NCBI GenBank assembly: GCA_015680685.1
Contig: MNCI01003421.1
Span: 341 to 64,340, forward strand
DNA: 64,000 nucleotides
DNA from: Gnetum montanum
Lineage: Eukaryota; Plantae; Gnetophyta
Direction: 5' to 3'
This document shows positions 13,401-28,400 of this stretch, piece after piece. The stretch's first letter is position 1; the number at the start of each line of letters is the position of its first letter. Below the pieces are notes generated by a model, which searched no databases, was not told the origin of the DNA, and worked only from the letters and a program-made list of their open reading frames with translations. The position numbers and the translations under genes were made by a program.

Positions 13401-15202
13401 CCCATTCTAAGAAAATGACCCCAATAAAGAACCTACAAATGAAAATACTCAACCACAATCATACACCAACAGAAAGAGGAAATAAGGACTTAAATGAACA
13501 AAATTCAATTACCATCACAATTATATGGGATGATATAGAAAAAATAAATCACTAAGGATGGTAAGTATGAAACCTCAAGTGTATGATCTAGGGGAACTAG
13601 GATGCATTTTATGAACACTTGCCCATGAGTTTAGTTGTGGGGGAGATGTTGTATCTTGATTTAGGAGTTACTAAGTGTTTTTCAATTTTTTTGTCGTACA
13701 AATTTTTCTAATTTCTAATTTCTTAATATAAATTTTCACATTTCTTAATACATTTTTCTATTCTTGTATACTTCTAATTTCTTTCACATTTTTCCATTAC
13801 TTAATACTTTTTCAATATTGTTAACATTTTTCAATTTCTTAATAATTTTTCATTCTTTGAAATTTTTCATTATTTACATATTTTTACAATTCTTACAATC
13901 TTTTTAATACTTTGTTTTCATAACTTTTGTAAATAATTTTGATTGTTAATAAAACACATTAAGAATAATGTAAGATGTAATCCAATAAGGTGAAGATTTC
14001 CATATGTAATCAAGTCATAAATGACTAATTATTTGAACAATAAAACCACAACATTCATCCATTCATTCCATTAATAAGAGATTCTTACCATGTCCATAAT
14101 GATTTGTTCCCATCATACAACTAAGAATAAACTTATGATCATTAGGCTTGGACCAAAAAGTGAAGAACCAAGGGGCAATATCAAGGGTGTGACATCAAAG
14201 GGATTTGTGGACTCTCTTGGGTTACTTCTGTTAAGTTTTATCTTGTTTAGGATGTATTATATCCTTGTATATCTAATGAAAAATGGAATTAAGAATCAAA
14301 TAAGTTCTACCTTATCATGTCACTAGAAAGACATAGTACCCATGCTTGACGGTAGTCCTCTGGTAAGGTTGCAATAGTCATAAATAAATTCCATGCACAA
14401 AATAAATGTCTAGGGCTCCCACTAGAAAGACATGTTACCTATGCCTAAAGGTAGGAAGCTTATCCTAAATGGAAGAAAAAATAATAAATTGTACAAAGAA
14501 TAATCTCCTCCCTTGGACAATACGCTAGGTAACAATACTCCTTGCAGTGGTAGTAGTCTTACAATTGATATTCCAAGAGACAAAGCAATGCGATGTCCTT
14601 GGAATGTGGTCTAGAATTGGCTCAAATCTTAGACAGAAAGGCTAGTGATTACTTTAACCATTAATAAAACACAAGAATTCATTATTCCTATGGTAAGATA
14701 CCTCATGTCCTGATTTCTATAATCCCTTCTAAGTCCATCTCATCTGACTATATGAGTAATCATAACTTGTGGTTTTATGTAACATAGCATAATTTTTCCA
14801 ACTTGGTGATAGTAACATGTGTGTTTTTCTAAATAGGTATGTGTTACATTCAACTCCTTAAGTCCCTAAGAACACTTTTAGGTTTGGTTATACAAATGCA
14901 TTAAGAGCTAGAGCCTACTTTGGGAAGGACCCACCTATATAACTATTGTATCTTATACCTGTCAATAATTCCACATCATCTTGAGCCTTCCAAAAATAAA
15001 AATTTTCAAATTCCATACATACATTTATATAACAAGAACTCATTACCCATCTCATAATCATTTACCACACTTTCATAGACTAAGATTCCTTCTTAGTGAA
15101 CTTGCTATGTGAAATTTTTGAAAAATATGCATCATTCCTAGCCCAAGCCCCTTTGAACATGTTCCATACCTTTTAAACATTCAAAATGACTCATTTTTAC
15201 TC

Positions 15203-17034
15203 ATGAAAAGTCAACAAAAAAATTGAAAATTTTGCCTCCAATATCGTAGCCCACAAAATCTATGTATAGGCAAGGACCAATAACAACAGCAAGTTCCACC
15301 ACTACTGCCACAAGATTACAAGCCATCTATGAGTCATTTTCAACAAATCACAAAGACTATTAATTAGGCAACACGTGAGGAGGTCAACCTCTATAGAGTT
15401 ATTAATGGTGCCATTCAACCCACAGTTTCCATAGATCCTGTAAGTGGATAGCTATCATTACATTCAGGAGGAGAGGCCCTATGATCATAAGATATTTTTG
15501 GGAACACTACACCATTCCAAGTGATGCTTGAAATTAGAGAAGGAGCCACAATTGTGATTATGCAACATCAAGATTCAGCAAGAGCAATTGAAGTAATTAT
15601 GAATTACATCAAGAAATCCTTTAATATACCTGTTGTGCCACTAGTTGATCTAAATGGAGCAAGGGATGCTCAAATTCTAGTTGGCACCTCAATGACTCCT
15701 ACTAATCATGAGAATATGCTAGATCGACTACTGTAGATAGTGTAAGTAATGAAAACGATTTTTGACATCCCAAGTGATGTCACTATAGTGCAATCAGAGT
15801 TAATAGCAACTAAGGGTAAGCTAGTCAGGGTAGAAACTAGGGCAAAACACACAAAGAATAAACTTCTTAGACTAAAAGAGGAGCTTGCAATCCTAAGGGC
15901 CAAACATAGAGATCTTACTCAATATGTTTCACTTGACCAACTAGAGTAATTCAAAATGAAATAGATGAAATGCTTGATAGAGCAAAATAAGCTAATGAAA
16001 AATGAGAATGAGAAAGTAGTGTGAAATGCCTTTGTAGAAAAAGCACAGACATGTGAACATACTAAGGCACTCACTGTAGCACAAGAAGAAAATAAAAAAC
16101 TTGCTATAGATAACACTAGGATGATTGTTGTAGAGAAGCAAAAGAACATTCTTGAGGAGAGCATCCATTAGTTGAGAGAATAGAAAATGAGAGTCAACCA
16201 AGATATGAGTTGCTTATCCAGAGAGAATGAAACCTTCCTAATGGAGGAGATACGTGCAATTTGATAGAAATTGGCCATTGAAATCAGAATGTGGAAAAAT
16301 GAAGCTAACAAGCATGAGAGGCTCAAGAAACAGTTTTATGATTAGGTGGGCATGTATTAAAAAAATCAATGAGAAGGAGATCTAGATGAAAAAAGAATAG
16401 ATCAATTCCATATTAGCATAGAATCTTGATTGGAAAACCATCTTGGATAGTAATGCACATGTTCACCAAGTGAAATTCAAAAACAAAGACCTACAGATAG
16501 AAGATCTAAAAGAATACATGGGGTTAGCTAACCTTCACTCTGCTAACCTAGCCATGTTAATAGCAGGCAATCCCTGAAATGAATGTGAATACCAAGTAGA
16601 AACCACATATGCATTGTACAAAAAAGAGGTTGTGAATCAAAAATATTCTTTACAAAAAATTTAGGTGCAAAAATTTGAATTAGAAGTAGTTAAGGTTGGG
16701 TACCAAGGAAAAAAAGATGTTGAAGTGAACTTGACCCAAATATTATTTGACTATCATAAGTTATAAGCCAAACCTAGAGCATTTGAAGAAGAGAGAAGGT
16801 AGTTCATTACATGGTATGTCAAGGCCAATTAGATGTTTTCACAACTACCATGTCCATGGGATGTACTTACTCCATCATACATTGCACAACAAGCAAGGAT
16901 GGTACATGACTTGAGAATGGAGGAGGAGAAACTTCAAGTGCTCCTAAATAGATACAAATTTTAGAAGCTTGATGACAAGGGGAAGCAACCAATGGAGGAG
17001 CCACCACCATTAGGAACTACATAGGCTACATTAA
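15203..17034 (+). pseudogene. Degenerate env-position coiled-coil ORF of copy A
   Basis: Stop-interrupted frames align by eye with 31680-33254 of copy B (IFDIPSDV..KGKL vs IFDLPDQI..KGKL; PCPW motif). Boundaries are approximate. Confidence 0.75.
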
Positions 17035-17205
17035 GCTTCATCAAGATGTTTTGCTTATTTTATCTATCTTTTCATATCTTGTGTCAATTTTGTAAACACC
17101 ACTACAGCATTTAGTGTCATGTAAATCTACCTCCTAATTTTGAAAGAAACTCTATCCACATTTTCTTTTAACTCAAGGATGAGTTTTAACTCAGTCATGA
17201 GGGTA

Positions 17206-18082
17206 TGATAAATTAGTTTTTTGTCAACTATAATATTCGATATATGATATCGTAGCTCCGATATCTGAGCACTAACTATGTCATTGTATATCAGATATCA
17301 CGGGATGTGTGCCAGCCTATAAATACAACACTTGGGCATAAGGATTTGCAATAGATTTCATTCCAAGGAGAAAAAATCTTTTAGTTTGTTTTTGTGAATT
17401 TAGGCTTTAGCACTTAGAAGTGTGTGCCCATAGTGTGATGTTAAGTGATTGTACAAAGTCTTTATTCAAGTGAATTGTACTTGGACATAGTTCATGACCA
17501 GAAATAAAGATTGAGATTTTTTATCATCATTGTACCATCCACTTAGTTTTCTTTCTATTTTCTTAGATTAATTGTTCCTATTTTTCCTAATTAATCATGT
17601 ACTTTACAAGAACTTTATTTTACCTATTGAAAGTAAGTGATATGGATATGACTAGTTTCAAGCACTAAGTATAGCTATTTGGTAACCCAATAGTGTGATC
17701 ACTTGGTATGCCCAATAGTGGTACACTTGGTAATCCCAATGATAACTACATGAGTCCAAGTCATGTACAGTAGATGAGGACTAGATATCCATAGCCATAG
17801 GATAGAATAGATCCATTTACTATTTTTTGTAGGGTTTAAAACCATTTTCTCTTTACCATATTTGCTAGGATCAGTGGCCTATCGACATCAACATATCATA
17901 TACCTCACTATGAGCTAAACCATACATGTAGATGATACTAGCTCCATGTGGGAAGACAACGATCTTGAACTTAAAGCAATTGCTAGCATATTTACATAAA
18001 CTCATCCACAGATTACAATTTGGTCATGCATGAACACTTGTAACTTATATGGTTGGGTGTTGAATTACTCCACTGCTTGTCA
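17206..18082 (+). repeat. 3' LTR of Athila-like copy A
   Basis: TGATAAAT...TTGTCA, preceded by ACTCAGTCATGAGGGTA. Contains CCTATAAATA and the TTGGTA..CCCAA repeats seen in the other family LTRs. Confidence 0.85.
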
Positions 18083-18169
18083 ACATTTAAGAACATATTA
18101 CTTCTACTATCTTCATCATTTTAAGCCTTCAATAGTCATACTCTATGATTGAGATATTCAATCTTAAAA

Positions 18170-18350
18170 GGTAATAAAAATTTTGTTAAAAGATTAGGTA
18201 ATTAATTTGTGAAATCAACATAGCATTGTATGATAATACCCTCCCTAATTTACCATTTGATGAAATAGTATTTTATGTCAATATGTTTTGATTTATTTAT
18301 GCATCACATGTTCTTTTGAAAGATGAATAGTAGTTTAGTTATTACATCTG
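18170..18350 (-). mobile_element. Ancient Copia RNase H C-terminal remnant
   Basis: Minus strand reads approximately HL.KN..MH..SKHIDIKYYFIK....GII...YVD..N.LPNLLTK, resembling Copia KHIDxRYHFIR...LADxLTK. Fainter integrase-like traces lie at ~19800-20150. Confidence 0.55.
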
Positions 18351-18444
18351 ATATCATTGTAAAGATCTACATGAAAATCAAGTTTATACATAATATTTTT
18401 AAGCTACAAAATGTATTGTAAACATTCAATCATGGAAATGGATT

Positions 18445-19180
18445 CATTATCATCATCATCCTAATCTTGTCCCACCAACATGGCATGAACCAAACCATGG
18501 CAATAAATTCAACTTCACAAGTAGATAAACTCATTGATGTCATACTTTAGATTTTATTATATTCCTCTATAATTATTATAATGAATCAAGTTGGCTATAT
18601 ATCTTGGGATATACTTATAGTAAAATTATTTGTAGCTTCTGATATCCTTTCCACTTTATTAAATTTATTAGGGATGCTTTTCCTTTGTAATGTCCAATAA
18701 ATAATATCTCAATTCATTTTATCATATAACTTTTCAAGTTAATGAAGATTATATATAGACTTTTCTTATGACTTCCAATATTCTACATTAATCATTGTAT
18801 TAGAGAAATAGCCTCAAAAGTTGATCTTCCTTGCATAAATCCAAATTAAATTTTTGATATTTTTTATATATATCTAAGATATTCCTCCAAAACTAAATAA
18901 TTATGATATAGGAAGACCCCAAGCTTTCAAATGAAGGGTCTTACCAATTGGCTAACACCTCATTGTTAAAAGTGTAATTAAGAAAAAGGTTTCTTGTTTT
19001 ACTAATATGAATATAAATTATATAATTTTAAATACCCTATTTATTCTTATAGATGAAAATAACAAATATTTTCTCCAATTTTTAGGCATTTCTCTATTTC
19101 TCAAAATTTTGTTACCCATATAGCTCTTACATCTTTTATGGCCTTCTAAATTTCTACAAGGGTGACATTTGGTCTAATCT
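18445..19180 (-). mobile_element. RTE-clade LINE fragment (decayed RT and microsatellite 3' tail)
   Basis: Minus strand gives MPKNWRK..(Y)KNK, N*FGFMQGRSTFEAIF and IIFINL(E)K.YD, matching RTE NQFGFMPGRSTxEAI and FIDLEKAYD. The 3' end is GGGACAAGATTAG(GAT)n at ~18445-18475. Confidence 0.7.
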
Positions 19181-21445
19181 CTTTGTAAATTTTCATCTTA
19201 ATTAGATAAGGTTGTCCTCATTTCAAAGAAGAAAAATTCATTGACTAATCCTAAATTTGGTTACATATATACATACCCTACTATCATCATCATTTTGATG
19301 CATTTTTGCAATCTATGATGGCTTGATCATAAAAGTAAGAGAAGGTTTTGATGATGATTCAATATGGTTAAGTGTCTACCTAATGCCAATGCATATCCTA
19401 ATATATCCATCTTAAAAATAATCATTAATGTAGCATCACTTATTCTCTTTATAATTATTATGAAATCAACTATAATTAATAATAGGTTTAGTAGGATTTA
19501 AAACATCTTCATAAAAATAAAATGTAAGGTGTATGCATGTGTGCGCACATTGATAAAATAAATGACCCTGAACCTAGAATGGTCAAGTAATAAAAAAAAA
19601 GAATAATTTCTTTTACAAAAGAACAAATGAAACAACATGTAAACTATCATCCACACTCCTTTTTTTATAGATATACCTAAAAAGCATTATTCTAGATATA
19701 ATTTATTTGAAATATTGCAACATCCCTTCAAAGAGCTAAAGGAACAATCCACAAGAATGTCAAGCTTCATGATCTGTATTTAAAAACTTTAAAATATTTT
19801 TCCTATCATACAAAAAATTAAATAAACCATAGAAGTGTTGTCCACACCTTGCCTTGTTTTCCTCTATAATGATGTTAGTTTCATAAACAAAAAAAATCAT
19901 TAATAGAATTTGTTGCAAATTTCTTCACCACAATGTCTAAACTCATTCCAAATATCCTAAAATAAATGTAGAATTTATAAAAATGTGATAAGAATTTTCT
20001 AATGTTGAATAACATGAAACACAACCTAAATCCTCCATAATATTCTATTGTATAAGATATTAACTAGTGGGTAATTTCCTATGAAATACTCTACTTACAA
20101 TGAGATAAATGTGAAGAGTAAAAATGGGATTCTAGATGTCCACTAAATATTGTACTCTTTGCATAGGATCTAAATTACTATAATCATTTTCTATAGAGTA
20201 TTATAATGTATCACACCACTTCCATGCTTGATTATGCAAAGAAAGATAATTAAAAAAACCAATATCATATCGATTGAAGCCCTATCTAAATTAGGAAGGG
20301 ATTAGTAATATTGGGATTTTTACAAAAAATATAAACTATGTAATACAAATAACTATATCATAAAAAGCACCTTAACATTCTCGGTGATCTATTGTTATGT
20401 TGGTTAGAGCATGTTACTTGTGGTTTGCAGTGATAGGTTCATTTTCAATGGAAATGCTAATATTTTTCTTTCTATGAAAGTTTCATGTTGGCTATATGTT
20501 CAGAGGATACATATAGTCATTTGGTTTGGTTTTAATAATAATAAATTAGGGGCTATTAATGATCCATGTATTTGTAGTACATGGTGTAAGCTTGGCATTA
20601 CCTCCATTCCATCTTTTATTAGGTATAATCGTTGAATTATTTGGTCTAAGTTTTAGATTCTCTACAATATTAATGTATCTAAAAAGGTTACATTTTTTGT
20701 CTTATGCATAATTTGGATAGAACTTTAAATATTCAAGATTCTAATCTTGGTTTTATTGAATTTTTTATTTTGATTTGAGATTTCCTATACTATTAGTAGT
20801 TCTAATACTAGTTTTTAGCCAAGATTCAATAATCTACAAAATGTCAACTATAATGTACAATTATGAAAGTATCAGATTTAGAGGATACAAAATGCTTCCA
20901 CTACTTCAAAAATTAAATGTTTTTATGGTATATGATACATTAATATTTTCTTATTAGTATTCTCAAGTCTCATATGGTGTTTATGGCCTTAGATATCTTC
21001 TTTGCAACATGGAAGACATATTAATCCACTATTCTTTTACTTGTCTACTTGCTCAAAGTACTTGGTCCTAGTGTAACTCAGATTTATACAATTTTAAGCT
21101 AGTGTTAGAGGAATTTTTACTTTGTGATTTTCCTTAACTTCAAGGAATTATTCTTCATACGTGGAGTTGTTTTCATCCCCTTACTCTTTTTTCTATTTGA
21201 AAATTTTAAAGTAATGTGGTTTACAATAAAGATTATCTAGTTAATGCAATCCCTTTATCAAATCAAGGTAACACCATTCAACCACTCATGCTTTAGCTTC
21301 AACCATGAATGTATTCTTCATTTTTATTTCTTTTTTTATAAGAAGCCTTTAGTAGGAAGTGAAAATTTGAAAAAGAACTTTTAAAAGGGGACAAGGTCTG
21401 ATCTTTCTCCTAGAAGGAAGGCTTTCCAAGATTGGCTATAAGGAT

Positions 21446-22288
21446 AGATGAATCACTATCAACTCATTGCATTGATGAACATGCATCAATGTAGCCCTGT
21501 CGATGCTGTGTCAAGTCAAACTTATATAAATGCACGTACTAACCACATTTATGGTATGTTAAATCACTAGTATAGCCAAACTCTTGTAGTTTTCTTTCCT
21601 TATAGGTAGAATATTTTTTGAGTGCCCATAGTATGAACTAAATCAATTGTACAAATTTTTATTTGAGCATCATGTACTTGAACATATTGATGTGATTGAC
21701 AATCAAGATGAGATTCTTGACATTCATTGCAGCACTTGGAATAGATTAATGTTTCTTACTTGCACTTTGTTATTAATGCATTTTATATTCTTACCATAAT
21801 TAATTAATACATTCAATAATGAACACATAAGTATGACCACTTCAAGCATACCATTTAACACTTGGTAATCCTAGCAGTGGCTATTTGGTATGCCCAATAA
21901 CTGTTGCATGGCAACCTAGTAGCATTGATACAATTTCAGGGTGTGTACAATATGTGGGCATCGATTCTTATGTTAGGATAGTTAGACTTAGAATCATTGG
22001 ATAGTTACAATAGTTAGTTACCAACCATTTACCTTCTCACCCACACTTGCACTAAAAATATATAAAAAATTATAAATATAAATAAATATCATATCTCTTG
22101 ACTCACACTTAACTATACATAAGATATTATACAAATGAGAGTTAATAAGACAATGATCATACATTCCCCTAAGTTACCATCTTTGTCTATAGGCATACTT
22201 ATGAGATAAGTCCATAGAATTTGACTAGATCACTAGTGCACACGTGTGATTCATATGGTTGGGCATAGGGACTACTCATTGCTCATCA
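21446..22288 (+). repeat. 5' LTR of copy B
   Basis: Collinear with 33512-34335, ends CTCATCA before the PBS, and its first T has mutated to A. Confidence 0.9.
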
Positions 22289-22437
22289 TTGGTGCTGTCT
22301 TAGGGGACTTGGTTTAGATAAGTGTGCTAAGTAGAAAAAGATAGTGATATCATATAAAGAGATTGTTAGGATCATGACATGCTAGATCATTAAGGAAATA
22401 AAAACAAACACACTGTTCATTTTTAGAAAATGCTAAC

Positions 22438-25400
22438 ATGGCTTCTTCTCATAAGGAAGCATCTTCACCATTCATAGGTGGAACCAATCAAAGATAGGAG
22501 GTCCAAAAAATGCCCCAATAGCTTCATGTTGTTTACACTCATCTGAATCCTTACACTTCATATTTCACCTTCATCTTACATTAGGATAATCATCTACGAT
22601 GGAGAAATATGGAAGGCAACATTATGTTACCTCCCAATCGATCTACTCCTATGATGTTGATGAACAATGCCATCATGCTAGGCATTGCTACACTTAATGC
22701 AAAGTATGAGGTATAAGACCACATCTACAAGGATTATCATTTCACTGATGCCCAGCACAAGAAGGATTGATAGATGGAAGCACAATATGAGGCTTCTAAA
22801 AGTAAGAGGGTCCCAACCTAGTTATTCTTATAGAAGCACAAAGAAGGCAAGGACTTCTTTTTGAGCCAATTCCAATACATGAGCTCTCCCCATTTCTTTG
22901 ATGGGAATACCCTTACCCAAAGGTTGTAATCAATTATGAACAACCTAGGTGGGAAAAAGAATGATTCTAAAGACTAAGGGGTATCAAAAGATAACAACCA
23001 CAACCATTCATCTAAAAGAAAGGATAATGACAAGCATAAAGAATAAGAGAAATAAAATGATTTGGGTAGGGATTGAAGAATAGCTATCAAGCATAGTTCT
23101 AGTGTTGATTCTCCTTCTTCCTCATCCTCATCATCTTCCTCCTCCAACTCTAACAAGAGGAGCATAGGCCAAGACAAAAGAAAGAATAGTCATGATCAAG
23201 ATGGAGATAAATAGTGGGATAGGGATGAACACAAATCTCACCAAGATGATCAAGAATAGAGGTAAGAATAGTAATAAAGGAAGGATCATCATCAATAAAG
23301 AAGGCATAGCAGGACTCACCATAGGCATCATAGCCATGAAAAGAGCCACCAAGATTGTTATGACTATGATGAGCCTCTACTGGCTACCAGAAATATGTTG
23401 AACATTTTAGAGGTAGTTACAATCCCAACCATGCACTTGAAAAATAGTCAAATCAAAAGGTTGGATATGAACAATATCCCCAGGTTTGAAAGGGGATATA
23501 ACTCAAATCCATAGAATCATCTACAAGCCTTTTATGATGCATATGCCTTATAAAACATTAGAAATGAATGGAAAAAGCTAAAACTATTCATAAGGATACT
23601 CATTAAAGAAGTTGAAAGCTAGTACTAGTCCTTAGAACTAAAATCTATTCATCAATGGTGTAAGATGCTAGAGCTTTTCAATGACAAGTACCAAAACTAC
23701 TTAAGAGTTTCTAACTTGTAAAGATAGACCCAAGGATAGAAACAAGGTAATTATAAATCTTTGAATGTAGCCTTGGGCATGTACTATTCTCTTTTACACT
23801 AATTCCTTGGCCATGGATACTCCCAATGGGACTAGTTGCACCACATCATAGATGGGCTTAGGAATGAAATGAGGAAGACTCTTGGGATCTATGCCCAAGG
23901 GAGACTTTCTGAGCTAAGGTCCATCAAATTCAAAGGCTAATTGATCAAGTGGCCAAAGAAGAAGGTGAACTCAAAAAACGTGATAGTGCAGAGGAGTAAA
24001 ATAGGGATCCCTCCATTCACAAAAGGAAAGTGCATTTTTGTGATAATGAGAAGGCACTGCTTGATGAAGTGGTACAAAGGAAAATCTTGCGAATCCAAAA
24101 ACCTATCACTAAAATATTGGCTAAGGTAGATAACATGTGGGAGTACTTGGATGAGAAGTTCCAAATAGCTCTGAAGATTGCAATGGAATGAAGAGACCAA
24201 GGGGGTAGTGGTTAGGAAAAAAGAAAGAAAAAGGATATGAATGGAGATATCATAGGAATAAGAGTAAACCTACAGCAGTAGAGGAAATGATGATGGTTGT
24301 GACATTTGCTAATAGTACATCCTAAGGGATGTTGTTGAGTGTTATCACACTTGCAAGAATCTGGGGTGTATGCTTTAAATCCTAGATTGGAAAAATGACA
24401 AGCACCTAGATGATTACCTTATCCACAAGGCAACTACAAGCAACAATTCCACCAATAAGCATATTATCCAAGTGGAGTGTCACCTCAACCTTAGGAGTAG
24501 TATCAACAGTGGCAACACCCATAGTCATGGTGGATGCCACCACCATGACAACAATATCCTTATTGGAAACCTAATCCCTATGACTACTATGTTTAGTATC
24601 CTATATTCCTACATGACTCCTCTAGTCATGCTTCCTTCTTGTACCATTACTGCCCTCTGGAAAACTACAAAGCATATTTTCCAATTGGGGNTCTATGCAA
24701 GAAAAAATTCTTATGTAGCCACTACAAAGAAATGTTGTGAGGGCAATGAACCTATAACCAAATATCCATCTGAGTGGTCTTGAACCCAAGCCATGTAAGA
24801 GGCCATTCTTCAGAACTAGCAACCCCATAAAGCTCTCACAAACACATATGACTACCAACCCTACCACAGCTACATCTAAAAGTCATACCAAGCTATCTTG
24901 AAACCAAAAATATTCCTAAATCCATACTATCATGTTAACCCATGTCGTCATAGATTGGATTAAGGTTGGTCACCTTCCCAGAAAGTGATCTGATCTTAGG
25001 AGTTTCCTTATTTACTTATAGATCATAGAAAGTGAACCATGTAAGGCTTTTTTGGGTTCAAGTTCTAAAGTCAACTTGATTTTCTAAGAAATGTACAAGG
25101 CTTAGAACCTACCTCATTAAAAAGAGCAACATCAAATTAGAGCTAATAAATCAGTCCATCACTGTTCCTTTGGTAATAGTGAAGGACATTGTAATCATTA
25201 TTTGTGAACGATCCTATCCTACTAATTTCCTAGTGATTCATGTGAGGAATTGCAAGGGGGATTTCCTATCATTATGAAAAGAACATGGTTAAGCACAATC
25301 AATTCTAAAATGGGGATTCGAGACCTTTTCTTGAAAATTTCCAAGGAAATTGAATTTGGAAACGTTGAGAAGAGAAGAGTTCCATGCATCACATATAGTG

Positions 25401-28400
25401 ACATAGGGCACCATTGCTTGTAGATACTATGGACCATCAAAGAGACATCACTTCAAGCATGTAATCAGTGTGCTAGAACAACAATGATTCAAAGATGTTT
25501 GTATGTAGCAGCTACAAGCCAAGAATGTACCCAATGGCTTATAACTAATGATCAAATTGAATTAAAAATGTGCAAAACTAGCTAAGAGCCTTACTAGTAC
25601 CTATGTGGAAAGCATGGACAAAATGAACTCTATCTCCAGGTCTTTAATGTGTAAAGTGAAATGGATTGGGGAGAGTTGAAGATCCTAGATAACTTTAAGC
25701 AAGAGCCCCTTGAATTAAAGCTTCTACTAGTAGGCATGAAATATGCTTTTCTTAATAATGGCAAGCTAGTAATCATTAATGCGAAACTTAGTCCTAAACA
25801 AAAATAGGAATTGTTGAAAGTGGTGAATGAATGGCCAACAGTCTTTGCTTGGTCATATCATGAGCTTATAGGGATAGATCATCATATATGTCAACACTGC
25901 ATCTAGATAGACTCCTTCATCAAGCTTAAGAGGTAACCACAATAACAATTGAATCCTAAGCTCAAGTAGATTGTCAAAGAGAATAATGAGCAACTCCTTA
26001 AAGCTAGGTTCATCTACCCAATTGCGAATAGTGAGTGGGTTAGTCCATTAGTTGTTATTATAAAGAAAGGAGAAAAATGAAGAGTTTGCATCCACTTTCA
26101 ATTATTGAACATGGTAACATACAAGGACCACTTTCTATTGCCATTTGTGGACCAGGTCTTGGACACCATAGCAGGGCAATTCTATTACAAATTCCTAGAT
26201 GATTACAATGGCTATAACCAAATCCAAATAGCACCTGAGGACTAGGTGAATACTACATTCACAAGTCCTTAGGGGACTTTTGCATATATGAAGATTCCCT
26301 TTGGCCTATGCAATTCCCTTGCTACATTCCAACGATTGGTCCTTAACATCTTTCAATAAAAAATTAGTAGTAGGATAGAAGTCTTCATGGATGACTTCTC
26401 TACCTATGGAGATACATTTAAGCAAGTCTTGGACCACCTTGAGCAAGTACTTCAAAGATGTGTGGAGACCAATTTAAGGCTTAATTGGCAAAAGAGCCAC
26501 TTGATGGTATAAGAAGGCATTATCTTGGGGTAAATAATTTCCAATAAAGGGATCAAGGTGGACCTAGAAAAAGTATAGATCATCCAAGAAATAACTAGGC
26601 AACCTGAAAAAGTTGAAGATGTAAGGTCATTCCTTGGCCACACTAAACATTATAGGTGCTTCATTGATAACTTCTCAAAAATCTCTACACCATTGGAGGA
26701 ACTAATGAAGAAGAATGCACCATTCACCTAGAATAGAAAATGCAAGAGCACATTCCAATAATAAAACATAAGCTCATAGAAACTCTAATTCTACGGGCAC
26801 CTAACTAGTCTAAGCCATTCCACATCATGACTAATGCATGTAATTATGATTTGGGGGTCATGCTTATATAATTGAATGATTACATCCCTATTATATCCAT
26901 TGTGCAAGTCAAAGCATTATGGATGCATAATTAAACTACATAACCACTAGAAAGGAGCTCATGGTAGTGGTGTATACCTTAGAGAAATTCAAGCACTATG
27001 TGTTGGGATACCAAGTTTTTATGCACACTAATCAAAATGTTATATGATTTCTTATGAAAAAGCTAACAGTGAGCCCCCATATCATACGGTGGCTGGTGAT
27101 TCTTCAAGAGTTTGAACTTATGATGGTAGATAGAAAGGGGACCAAGAATATGGTTGCTAATCACTTGTTTTGATTACAATGGGATAGCAAGGAGGATGAA
27201 GGTCCATTATTTGATTAGTTTCCAAATAAAATCCTCTTTGTTGGAGCTATTGAATTAAAAAATCCCAAAGATTCCAATTGGTATAATCACATCCTCTCTT
27301 ACCTACTCACTCAAGAGATGCGACATTCATCAAGCCAAACATTACATGGAAATCAAGGGTAACCTCTACAAGAGCTTTGTTGATGACCTAGTATAATGGT
27401 GTGTACCTGATATTGATCAAGTTCAAGTCTTTCAAGATGCTCATGAAGGTCCTTGTCGAGGCCACTATGTTGGAAGGAGGAAGGCCATTAAAATCCTCAT
27501 GGTAGGGTATTACTAGCCAATAATCTTTAGGGATGTCCATCGCTTCTTCCATTCATGTGACAGATGCCAAAGAGATGGAATGATGATTACAAAAATGGAA
27601 GGGCCCAAACAATGGATTTAACCACTAGAGCCTTTTGATCTTTGGAACATTGACTTTATGGGGCCCATTAATCCTATGTCCAATGGAAAGGTGTATAGCA
27701 TCATTGTTGTTGACTATTATACTAAGTGAGTTGAAGCCATTATTGTCATCGATTGTTCATTCTCTATGGAAGCATGGTCTGTATAAAAAAAATGTGGTAA
27801 ATAAGTTTCATGTACCAAGGACACTAATTTCTAATAATGGAACATATTTTACAAGTAACACTTTTCAAAAACTCATGTAATGCTTGGGGATAGAGCACAA
27901 ACTCATAACTCCGTACCACCCTCAAGCCAACAAGTAAGCAGAAGCCACTACTAGGGAAATAATAAAGATACTAACATGCATAGTTAGTAAGTATAGAAAG
28001 GGGTAGAGCTCCAAAGTTAATGATGCTCTTTGGGATTATCGATCAACATGGAAACTTTCTATCGATTATTTCCCTTATGAGTTAGTGTACAAAAAAACTC
28101 CCAACTCTTCCAATCCAAATAAAGCTCTGTAAAATTGACCTTGATTTGAGTCTAGCCCAAAGAGAAATATTAATTAACTTAAACATGCTAGACAAAAAAT
28201 GGTTAGTGGTCCTATCCATGAATGAAGTACACAAGGCACACAACAAACAACATCATGACTTCAAAATATGAAAAGTTAAATTTCAACTAGGAGATAAAGT
28301 TCTTTACTAGAACCCCATGCACGTACCTCAACTTACAAACTTCCAAACACTATGGAGTACACCTTATATTATCCATGTAACTTTTCTATCTAGGGCCATG

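Larger units (their letters stand above)
10491..18082 (+). mobile_element. Athila-like Ty3/Gypsy copy A, non-autonomous (gag-PR, no RT/RH/INT, extra 3' ORF, 3' LTR); 5' end not in view
   Basis: Retrotransposon gag-like region at ~11150-11700. Protease-like ALLVSGSRVNLIS...FLVID...PIIMGRAWL at 12790-13140. PPT then LTR 17206-18082, similar to the LTRs of copy B. Confidence 0.85.

Noticed and set aside
17675-17745. Short spaced repeats as a CRISPR-like array
   Set aside because: Too few units, no unique spacers, no cas genes, and they lie inside plant LTRs.
22290-22308. tRNA-like sequence
   Set aside because: Only the primer-binding site of the retroelement, with no cloverleaf.
23131-23352. 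Hydrophobic membrane-peptide-like ORFs (also 47525-47986)
   Set aside because: Antisense or off-frame readings of the purine-rich low-complexity gag linker.
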